A stretch of 61,666 nt of DNA, the filler included, from Jimgerdemannia flammicorona (Eukaryota): the NCBI GenBank assembly GCA_003990765.1. It is 3 parts of 3 records of this genome, joined end to end, with 100 filler letters (N's around TTAATTAATTAA, not from the genome) between each part and the next. Parts side by side here need not be neighbours in the genome. Positions count along the whole stretch, not along the records: positions 41,187 to 61,666 come from RBNJ01001671.1; 2 more parts are not named here. One strand, given 5' to 3'. Below, in pieces: positions 51,242 to 61,666 of the stretch. Numbering within the stretch: position 1 is the stretch's first letter; every line of letters begins with the position of its first letter. The notes under the pieces are model-generated. The model was given only the letters and a program-made list of their open reading frames with translations, was not told the origin of the DNA and searched no databases. A program made the position numbers and the translations under genes.

Positions 51242-52493
51242 TGTGACAGTTGATCTGAATTAGGAACAATTATCAGAAGATAGATATTTGATGTTGGTAT
51301 CTGAATCCAATTCCCAATTAGAGTAAATTAACTTCACAGCTTCTTTCTCTACTATCTTATCAGTCATAAGGTTTGGTAGGCAACCTTCCAAGTCTATTTT
51401 CTATAACTTTTACCCCCTCTACCTTGGGTTGGTTTGCTGTATCTGTTGTAGGGTAGTGGGAGGAAGACAATAGTGATGAGTTGTCTCTTTATTGGTATCA
51501 GATCAGTGTTTTTTCTACTTTTTTGCAGTTTCTAGTACCTTTAGCTATATCTAGAGTATTCTCATTTTAGTACAGTACTTTCTTTCTTTTGCTGTCATCA
51601 ATAAGATATTATCTAGTATATTACAGACTATATATAGAGTCAGCTGATCTTAGGCATCAAGTATCAGTATAGGTTACCTATAGGTCTCCAGTACTTGTAG
51701 TAGAGCTCTCTAAGCTTTAACAAGCTTCTCAGCAAGTACAATTCTGGCATAGATAACTACTTTTCAGGTGGAGTTAGGATGAGAGAGGAGATGGCCATTA
51801 TAGATAAAAGAAAGGGTGATTATGGTAGACCAGTAGAGTACCAGACTAGGGGCAGTCATCAGAGCTAGAGTGGATGCTATATTAGTGGGGTCTTTTGATT
51901 GGTATGAAGTGGTTAGATAGTAGATATCACTCTTGACTACTTTTGGTAATTTATGAAATTAGGTCCTGATCATTGAAAGTGATCAGAGGGTCTGAGACTA
52001 CTCAGATCAGATATCTTGACTATACTTAACTAGAACTAAGAGCTGATATAGTAATATAATTGAGGCCTACAGGCTTGAGTAGTAGGGTATTGGAGATCTC
52101 CTCCTATCTTATATGTAAGTCCTCTACTCACCTCATCAGAGAGAACTAAGTCCTATCCACTATTCTATACTTTGAGAAGAGTTTTTCTTTATCTATTGCT
52201 CTCTTTGAGGTGGTGGGAGCTATATAAATCAGTTCAGGTATGACCTTGTACATATGTTGAAGTTTCAGATATGCATCTAAAAGTATATATTTATTACTCT
52301 CTGATAGTAGGAAAAGCATAGTATATAGAATGAGGTACAGGCAATTTGCCTTACTGTACCTGGTATAGTTAAGTTGCTGGACAATAGCTAGCTTAGGTTT
52401 AATAAAGGTATAGTGCTTGGTGGGTGGTGGGGGAGGGTTTTGGTTTATATAGTCTAGGTTCTCTTCTAATAAAATCTGCAGGACTTTGGGTTC

Positions 52494-52534
<41 letters not shown>

Positions 52535-54570
52535 TAAATAAACTTCAGATTAAAATAGTTCAAGCAAAGTGATAAGAAACTAGTAAACCTATAAGCAGAT
52601 ATACTTCAAACTCACCCATCCCTACATCTGAGGACTCTAAGGAGTTAAAGAAAATTAAATATTTAAGATAAAGAAATCTACTGTACTTTTACTAGTATAT
52701 ATTTACTATATTACAACTTGATACTTATTAGCTGATAATTTAAAATAAATATCTCACTTTTAAGCTAAACAGTGAACAACTGCTACCACCTGAACACACA
52801 CTCAAATTGAACTAAAATATTTAGATAAGATAGATATAAAACTATCAGTATTCTATAGATATACTTTTGATAAATCAATTATTATCTTTTTTGATGATTT
52901 TGAGCAATATGCTACTATAAGGACTCTATCAGAAAAATAACAAGTAGCTTTAATACTATTCAGTCTCTGAGGATCATATTTACATTAGTAACTTATATTG
53001 AAAAAGATGATGCTATAATACTAACAATATAGAAGATCTAGTTGTAAACTACCTATTATGTATATAGATAAAATCAAGCAGAACTCAATAGTATCTACTA
53101 AGAAATAAATAAAGACCCAAATATCTTTTATATCTAAATCTGCTATTAGATAATATTAGCTAATTATACTAATACTATTAAAGATTAAGTAGCCAAAACA
53201 ACCTTTATAAAAGAAATTTATCTAGAGATAGCTATGGCAATTCAATTAATACTAATAGTTCTAGACTTAGTATAGAAGGTAACTTATGCTTAGCAATATT
53301 GAATAGTAAGATATTCTCAAGACTATATAATAGAGAGAGTCACTGAAGTTAGAATTGAAGTACTCAAGGTAATCAATATAATCTCTATAACTGTAATTAA
53401 TCAAAACACATCTCAACTAAAGACTATAGAGTAGTAGAGAAATAGTAATTCTATAGAGAAACTTGCTAAGAAGTTTACTAAAATAACTATCTATCTGAGA
53501 GATATAGTAAAGTAAATCAGAGAAAGATATCATTACTTAGTTCAGAAGTTTATCACTACTATAGATAAGAAGAGAGAAATCTACTATACTTATAGAGAAG
53601 AAGACCACTATTCCTATAAATATATGAGTGAGACCAAGTGTAAGGTTTAGTCAAGTAATACTACTAGAAACTATAAACAGACCAATACTATCACCTTCAA
53701 AGAGATTAGAGATTCAGAGGAGAAGAAAGAATAGAAAGCTTACTCAGCCCTGATCTTCAAGAAAGATATCTACCAAAAACCCTACAAGAGGCTACTAGGA
53801 AGACTTAAAAAAGAAAGCAGTAGAATAGCCTGTAGAAGAACAGACAGAAGTACTTATAGAAATTGAAACCATAGCTAAGAAAATATATCAAGATATGGAG
53901 CTTGAATAAGTATAAAGATATCATCTAAGATAATACTCTTACTAGTGAAGGAGAAAAGAAGAAAGACTACAAAAGAGTAAAACCTTCAAATATGATATCT
54001 TCAAGGATCTCAGTCAGCAAAAAGTCAATATAACCTTCAGACAGTTGATAAAAATCTCTATCTTTAGATAGTAAATGAGACAGAAACTTACAGAAACAGT
54101 TAAAGACCAAGAATGAAAGATAGTTGAGACCAATAATATATAGAAGGATTCAGGTAAAAAAATTAAAAAAAAATAACTACAAGGCCTCTGCTTATACTAT
54201 CTATCAGATTAAGGATAGGATTATTAAAGTCATTATTGATATAAAAGTAGGAGAATGCCTTCTTAATAAAAAAACTATAGACTGCCTAGGTTGGGAAATT
54301 AAAAAAGCTATAAAATTAGTATTCATTATAGCTGATAGTATAAGAGCCACCCCTCTGAGAAATATTTAGAATATTTCTATCAAGTTTAGAGAAATAACTA
54401 TTCTAGTAAATATGATTATCACAAATGTCACCAATTATAATATTCTCATTAGCAACTAGTAACTTCACAAAACTAAGGCTATAATTGATATAAACTTCCA
54501 GAAGATACAGATTGTCAACTAAGGACAAAAGATGCAAATTTCTATCAATATCAATAAAGCATAAGATAAA
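51242..54570 (+). mobile_element. Heavily mutated family A element (LTR interrupted by repeat C, PBS, gag, protease)
   Basis: TGTGACA start; LTR end at ~52715; 52715-54570 is collinear with the reverse complement of 2650-4485. Confidence 0.85.
51341..52532 (+). mobile_element. Poly(A) retroposon (repeat C), copy 2
   Basis: Same 5' start as copy 1; pure poly(A) tail; imperfect duplication TAAAT(T/A)AACTTCA on both sides. Confidence 0.8.
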
Positions 54571-55263
54571 AAACTCTTTACCATCATCCAATCTTTATAA
54601 ATATAGAGATATTTTCTCTTCAGTAAAATATTTACCTTATAGATAAACTATCAAGCTCTCTGATATATTCAGATATAGTCAATTCTTATAGAAAGATGGA
54701 TCTAATGGATATAGATCCTTGTACCCTTTGATATCAAAATCAAGTATATTTCTAGAACTAATAATAAAGTAGCTGATGTACTCTCTTAGAGTATCCAGAA
54801 AGATTATCTTACTATAATTAGCAATATTATTACTAGCTTATTTAAAGAGGTTAAAAAGTATATTAAGAATACTAATATATAGAATATAAGTATAGCATTT
54901 TTCTTGTACTCTATTAAAATCAATACTTAGATAAGATTTATACTATAGATACCTTAAAACTCAATACTTTCTCAAGAACTCAGAACTTAGAGTTAATAGT
55001 TATTATTGACTATCTATAATATATTAATTTTATCAATATATAGTTTTATTATAAAGTCTCTATAAAAGTCTAAGAAGATTATTAAGAAATATAATAAAAA
55101 TAAGAAAAATAAGAAAATATTATATGAGCTTAGTTAGTATATATCTATTATAAAAAATATTATAAAGTAAATATAATTTGAGAGTCTGAAGTATTATAAT
55201 ATATAATTTATTTTGATAGTCTCTTTACTGAATAGAAAATAATTTACTTTATTATAATATATA

Positions 55264-55727
55264 TATAATAGTTCTAGTTTCTTTAAGAGAAAGTGGCTAA
55301 ATCTGGAAGTTTTAATTGGTCTAAAGTAGCTTGAAGAGATACTTAAAGGTTCAAGTATTCTTGAAGGATTTCTGAGAGAAAATATTCTGAGCTTTATTTG
55401 AGCAGAGAAAAAAGATATTTATATATAATCCAAAAGAAAGATCCAGAAGGATCTTGGAAAGAAAGAGAAATATCAAGAAATAGGTTTTTAGCAAAGCTGA
55501 CTAATACTATTCTACAATGTTCTGAAAGGTTCCATAACTAGCTAAGACAAGATACTTAGTACCAAGAAAAGACAAAAATGTTCTAGTAGTATCTGGGTAC
55601 CAAGAAAAGATTTCTAAGTAAGTAGAAAGTGGTAGAATATAGTAGAATATTCAAGAAATGATAAGAAAAGACTAACTAAAAGATACAAAAATATACTAAG
55701 ACTAAATATGACTGTGAAATTATTATA
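55264..55727 (-). repeat. Family D LTR, probably solo
   Basis: Full-length match to 37254-37716. Confidence 0.85.
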
Positions 55728-55794
55728 ATATATTAGAAATTATTATTACTATTCTATATTTTATTATTATTATTTATTATTATTATTATTATTA

Positions 55795-56925
55795 TTTTAA
55801 TAGACTTAAGTCTTACAGATCTTTATTAGAAGAAAACCTAGACTATATAGGTCAAAACTCTCTTTCATCTCTACTCTGAGTATTACTCACCTATTAATCT
55901 AGACTAACTATTGTCTAGTAGCTCAACTATACTAGATATAGTAGAACTTATAGTAGCCTATATCTCATTCTGTATACTATACTCTTTCTATCATTAGAGA
56001 GAAAATAACCATATGCTCACAACTGAAAATATATATCTGAAACTCTAATATATATATAAGACTATATCTAAGCTAATTTGCAAAGCCTCTACTATTTCAA
56101 ATAGAGTGACAGATAAAGAAAAATCTCTCAAAAATACAAAACAGTAAGTAGGGCCTAGTTCTTTCTGATAAGGTAAGTAGAAAACTTATATATAAGATAG
56201 AAGAAGACCTCTAATACTCTACTACTCAAGCCTATAGATCTTAAGATATCTGACCTAGATAATCTCAGCCTCCTCAAATAATTCCCAATAATTAGAGCCT
56301 AATTTCATATATCACTGAGAGCTACCAAGAGTGATATCTACCATCTAACTATCTTGTATCAATCAGAAGGCCCTACTGAAGTAGTATCTATAATAGCCCT
56401 AATAACTATTATTAGTCTAGCACTCTACTAGTCTACTATAATTATCCTTCTTCTTATCTGTAATGGCTATCTCTCCTTCTATCCTGACTCTATCTGAAAA
56501 ATAGTTACCTATATCAGAACTATACTTACTGAGAAACTCACCAAAGCTCAGAGGGCCTCACTATAGATACTAGAGATCTGCAGGTAATCTATTCTAGTAC
56601 TTGATGTCCAAGGTTGGCTAACTCTCTATATAGTCTATAATATACTGAGACAATATCTTGTTAGTGATGACAAAAGGAAGAAAGCACTGTACCAAAAATG
56701 AGTATATTCCAGATATAGTCAGAGATATCAGAAACTATAAAAAGTAAAGAAAGTATCAATCTGATATCAATAAAGAGGTAACTCATCACCATTGTCCCTT
56801 TCTTACTACTTTGCAACAGATACAGCAAACCAACCTAAGGTAGAGGGTATATAAGTTGTGAAAAAGAGACTTGGAAGATTATTTACCAAAACCTTATAAT
56901 TAGTATGATAACAGAGAAAAGAGTG
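55795..56925 (-). mobile_element. Poly(A) retroposon (repeat C), copy 3
   Basis: Reverse-complement match to copies 1 and 2, with the same 5' start and a (TAA)n-like tail. Confidence 0.75.
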
Positions 56926-57532
56926 GTGTTAATTCTTATTCTATACTTACTCATCACTCTGAACTTAGTTATTATTTACCACTATTCTGTATTTAATTAG
57001 CTATCATCTATTATCTCTTATTTATCATTCAGCATCTATCCTCTAACTTATTACAAGTAAATTAGCTTTAGTAGTAAATATTTTATTATTTTTTAATAAT
57101 AAAAAGAGAAGATATATATATTGAAAATATTAGTATCTATACCTCTATACATTGGAAATATCTGCATCAGGGCATCGGACATCTGCAATTAAGACATCTG
57201 GTATCTGGTATCTGAGATTGCATAGTCATCTGGGGATGCCTTCCAGATGTCCAAAAAATTTTCATGATGCAAAGAACTTCCACAATCGAAAACTCCATCT
57301 CCAATGTTTAAACACCAAAAACTTCCCGGATAAGGATAATGTATGATGTGTCATTACACACACCCATCATCACCTTTTCATGACCCAACGGAGTCCGGTG
57401 AGACATGTTAAAGATCAATTGATCAATTGATTGTAAGCTACGATTCAAAAACGATGTGTACATATGTAATATGTATTATCAGAAAGGCGTAATGTACAAA
57501 CTATCAGCTTCTTTAAATAAAACTATGCATCG

Positions 57533-57950
57533 ACTGCGGTGACAGTGCTTGTAGAGCAGTTCGGTACCGACATTGATGCAAAGAATGTGAAGGTCTTGCG
57601 CCACTCCACGTGGCCACCGTAAACGAGCACAGGATGGTAACGGCGACTCTCGTAAAGCATTTTGGCGCAGACGTCAACTAGAGGGCAAACACTGTCTCAC
57701 CTGACGGTTGCATCGGGTACGAGACGTTCGTTATATTGCTCGTCTAGCAATTCCACGCAATCATCAATGCGAACGAAACGGACACAGTCGTACGTGTCGG
57801 CTATGGATAGCGAGGAAGCAGTGATACTGGGGCGTGTGGAAATTTTGACGCCGACGTCAATGCGAGGGATAAGGGCCTTCGGACGGTTCAACATTTCATC
57901 GTAAAATATGGGCAAATGAGGTAGTGGCGATGCTTGTGGAGCAGTGTCAA
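57533..57950 (+). pseudogene. Ankyrin-repeat pseudogene fragment
   Basis: Manual translation across frameshifts: VLVEQFGTDIDAKN / GLAPLHVA...LVKHFGADVN* / FDADVNARD. Confidence 0.72.
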
Positions 57951-58319
57951 CATGGTTTTCTCCCATTTTCACGATTACGCAGTAGGTGTGGGCAGCGCAG
58001 GACTTGTTGGTGAAAATGCCTAAACAAAATGGTGGTTGTAAGTTAAGATGTTTTTTATGTCGCTGCATTTTATTTTTATATTCATATCCCTTACCTTCTA
58101 GATTTAACCCGTGCATCATAAAATCCCAGTACCGTACATTGGGTACCATTTGGGTACCTGCGCCATAAATTTAAGTATTTATGTACACCATATATGTGGC
58201 GTGGACCCTTATCGTTCTCCAAATCCCCTAACTCGCGCAGCCGTCGCGCAGCTGGAGCACCAAATATATTGTGCAATTCTTTCCGATCTTGTAATGCAGA
58301 CGTCTTCGAGCTGCAAGCC

Positions 58320-58600
58320 GGACAGCAGGCGCGCAAGTTATCCCATCCCGATACGGGTGGTAGTGACAACGAATGACATTACAGGACCTTTACAGGACTT
58401 GTAATTGGAATGAATCTCTTAACAAAGAACAATTAGAGGACAAGCCTAGTGCCAGCAACCGCGGTAATTCAAGCTGTATATTAAAGTTGTTGTAGTTAAA
58501 AAAGCTCATAATTGAAATGTTAGCCCTGGCTGAGTGGTCCAGCCTTTCGGCCACGACTGGGGTTCACCTTCTAGTAAGCCAGGATGCTCTTCACTTGAAC
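58320..58600 (+). pseudogene. Degenerate 18S rRNA gene fragment (around helix 18 and the start of V4)
   Basis: CAGCAGGCGCGCAA, GGTAGTGAC, TTGTAATTGGAATGA, GTGCCAGCAaCCGCGGTAATTC and TATATTAAAGTTGTTG.AGTTAAAAA occur in canonical order, with substitutions and deletions. Confidence 0.9.
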
Positions 58601-58692
58601 CAGTCGTTGGACTGATTTGTTTGGTTAATTTAATTAATGAAAATTTACGCTTTGTCAATGGAAGTTTGAAACTGTAGCTGTCATAATGATAC

Positions 58693-58865
58693 TACCGCGC
58701 TATTGGGTTTGGCTGACATAAATTGCGCGTTACAAGTTCGTAACATAGATGCCGCGCTATCGGGGTTGGCTTACAGAAATCGCGCGTTACAAGTTCACTA
58801 CATAGATGCTGCGCTATTGGGTTTGGTTGACAGAAATTGCGCTTTGCGCTACCGAGATTGGGGTT
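58693..58865. repeat. ~57-bp tandem repeat, about 3 copies
   Basis: Unit CGCGCTATTGGGTTTGGCTGACA.AAATTGCGCGTTACAAGTTC....CATAGATGC. Confidence 0.8.
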
Positions 58866-59051
58866 GTAGATTGCCGGTTCAAAATTCCAGCCATACTCAC
58901 GCCCATTACCCCTGGCTTTTTGCCCTTTTGCCCGTTTGTTTTATCTGTCACTACTTTGTTTTGATTTTTTTTGATCGAGGCTCTTGCTGCGGGTGCAACT
59001 TGCAAAAAATATTTATTACCGTCAGCCTTGAAAGAGCTTCACTTTCTCTCT

Positions 59052-59087
<36 letters not shown>

Positions 59088-60509
59088 GAGACCAGGCATC
59101 TCACTTAGTACAAGGCAAAGAAGAGCTGGTCTTATTTGAAGTACTTTAGAGGTGGAAGTCTGAATAATTCTTTTCAACTTAATTCTGCTTGTGATAAAGA
59201 ATTATAATTATTGCACTTTAATAAATAATTCCTAGTTAAACATTCCAATGGGTTGAAATTCTAAAAATTTGAGTAAATATAGAGATATTGATAAAGGAGA
59301 AAAGGCGGGAATGCAAAATAGGTACAGCAACGCCCTCACCTTGCAAATTGTCAGATATTTGTGCTGGAGACAATAGGAATGACCTTGTCTGTATTACCCT
59401 CATCTTTATCCCTACCTTGGTCCTTTCATCTTCATTTTCTTCATTGCTCTCCATTATTTTTTGCCACTGCTATCGTATACATAGCGGTGAATCTCCAACA
59501 TTAAAAGCCAGGTATTGAGCTAGTATGTGGAGGACTAGATCAGGATCTAGAGCGCGCGCCAGTGCCTAGGGTAAAGACGATTAGCCGCCATTTTAGCAAT
59601 GATATATTTCACAGCCTATGATTTAGACTTTCAGTTGGCAATGGCAAACCATTTCAATTTGGATGCTCTTCCCCAACGCAGCTCCCCAGCTCCTAACAGA
59701 AAAATCCTTCAACTTTCGGTGCTCTTCGCCTCCAATTTCGTGTCTCCCCCCCCCGCGTCAACGCAGCTCGCCATTTACTTCCTCTTCGCAACTTCCCTGT
59801 CAATCGATTTCTGATCCTACCCACCAACGTAGGTCCCAGTTGCCAATAAAAAATCCTTCGATTCTCGGATCCAAGAGATTTATTTCGTTGAAAAGTGGAG
59901 AAGGTGGTGGCGATAACGTTTATTTGGGAAGGTTTGATTGACGCTTGCGTTCCTTTGCAGGATTATGAAAAAATAAAAATAAATAAAAATAAATAAAAAA
60001 TAGTTGCATTTGCGAAACCCTAACATGGTAAATTACATTTAGGTTTTGCATTGGTGGTTGTAGTGATTTTCTCTATTGTTTATGTCACGAGTCATTTTCT
60101 TGGGAAGGTGGAGGTCTCTATGTCCGGCAAGATCGATTTTCGGAATCCGTAGAATTATTTTCCTTTTGATCCATGATCGCATTTGCCAATCTCAATATCA
60201 CCAGCGTTCTGCTTCCAATGATCACAAATACCTCCGGGCTTCCATCGGACATGTTTTAATTTGAGGCTTGAGCGCCGATCTGAACGGCCGTTTTTTCGGC
60301 TGCCGCCGGGGATTTCCCACATCATAGAGTAGATTTTATAAAATTGCTAAAATAGAATAGCATGTATTATTATTGTTGTTGTTGTTGTTGTGGTTGTTTG
60401 TAGAAAATGAAAATAAAGAAATAAATAAAATAGATAGAAAAATTTTGCCTATATAATGTGTTACACTATGAGAATTTTTTAGAATATCTGATAGTGAAAA
60501 ATAGTGATC

Positions 60510-60635
60510 CCATCAGCAAAGAGATCTCATTAGCAAAGAGGTTCTCATCAGCAAAGAGATCTCATTAGCAAGGAGATCCCATCAGCAGAGGTTTCATTAG
60601 TAAAGAGATTCTATCAGCAAAGAGGTCCTATTGAT
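60510..60635. repeat. ~17-bp tandem repeat
   Basis: CAT(C/T)AGCAAAGAGATCT units. Confidence 0.8.
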
Positions 60636-61194
60636 AAAGTAAAGAGAGTATATTGATAGAAAATATTATTAATAGAGTTCTTCTCTATATATATCAATTG
60701 ATAACATATATATTGAGTATCTATATTACATATTTATATCTCCATATCATAACTGAATAGAAATGAAATATGACTAGTTCTGTAACCATTTATCTGTGTT
60801 CCAAAAACTAGCAAATTGTAATCAGCAAACAAAGCTCATCCTTCCATCCGACATCGGCCTCTCAACCATCCTATAAGCTGCAAACCTCGACACTTCTCCT
60901 ACGCCTAACATGTTCAGACGAACCAAACCGAACCGTGCAATTCGAAACTGGTTGTTCCGAATATAACGACGTAACATTTAAATACATCAAATCCTTGGTG
61001 AATAAAAAGACAAAGGTAACTTACTGAGGTGTTCAACCTGCAGGGCACTCACAAAATGCTATAAAACCCTGCTACAGATTCTGGCCATACCACCGCCCCA
61101 GGGTATTGTCTGCATTGCCAATGGCATCTTCGCCTAACAATGGAAGGTGCATCGAAGTCGGAGTCAGAGGCAGACCGTTTCGTCCTTGCTCAAG

Positions 61195-61570
61195 GGACTC
61201 ACCAACTGGCTTTCCTTGAAAAGGTAAAAATACGGTTAGATCTCTAGAGCGACGCGACTTGCTGGAGAGACCACGTCCCTCAGCCACGCGACCCAGGTGT
61301 AACCGAGATATGTGAGTTCATTGCTCTTGAAGACTTTAGTGTGCTGAAGCAAAGCCAGAAGAAGGTAATAACTATCAACGGCGAGCTCCCGGAAAAGCTA
61401 TCACCTCTCCTCCTAATAAGATTTCGGATGGAGAACGGCGACGTCAACGCAAAAATGACACGATAGAAGGACTCGTCAGCAGCTTTCCTTGAAAAAGCAA
61501 CCAAAACGGCCAGACCTCTAGAGTCACGCGACGTGCTGGAGGGACCACGTCCCTCAGCCACGCGACCCAG
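61195..61570. repeat. Pair of ~100-bp direct repeats about 275 bp apart
   Basis: GGACTC...GCTTTCCTTGAAAA...GACCACGTCCCTCAGCCACGCGACCCAGG at ~61195-61297 and ~61469-61571. Confidence 0.8.
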
Positions 61571-61666
61571 GGGCGGGCTCTATTGAAAAAGACAGTAAAA
61601 CCGTGTGAGTATGAAGAAAGCTCAAACATTGTTGATAGAAATAACTGCCTATTTTTTTTTTTTTTT

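Noticed and set aside
57149..57307. Possible small MITE (ACATTGGA…TCCAATGT)
   Set aside because: Short inverted repeat with no matching TSD and no second copy in the window.
57697..58149. 150-aa minus-strand ORF
   Set aside because: Largely antisense to the ankyrin pseudogene; no recognisable domain.

Overview
Eukaryotic, most likely fungal, scaffold. Evidence: a Zn2Cys6 gene, spliceosomal introns and an 18S rDNA fragment. The F-box/LRR, BTB-SPRY and ankyrin gene types suggest an early-diverging (Mucoromycota-like) fungus, which is inference only. Positions 1-43.5 kb and 51.2-57.1 kb are a nested transposon graveyard. It holds at least four Ty3/Gypsy families (called A, B, D, E here), all carrying a dUTPase, plus L1/Tx1-like LINEs, solo LTRs, a 1.15-kb poly(A) retroposon in three copies and a hAT-type MITE. 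These repeats are nearly devoid of CpG and full of C>T/G>A stops, whereas the gene island (43.6-51.2 kb) and the right end (57.2-61.7 kb) keep CpG. Most notable finding: family B has ~1.6-kb LTRs whose U3 region encodes a protein. The ORF is intact (272 aa) in a young CpG-rich LTR at 20880-21698 and decayed in both LTRs of the complete element at 10737-18671. Also notable: RIP-like CpG+CpA hypermutation visible by comparing copies, an unnamed Cys/His module next to the dUTPase in three families, 4-bp nTAn target duplications, and repeated in-frame deletions, two of which remove RT. There are two assembly gaps. All alignments and translations were done by eye; boundaries of degenerate elements are approximate.
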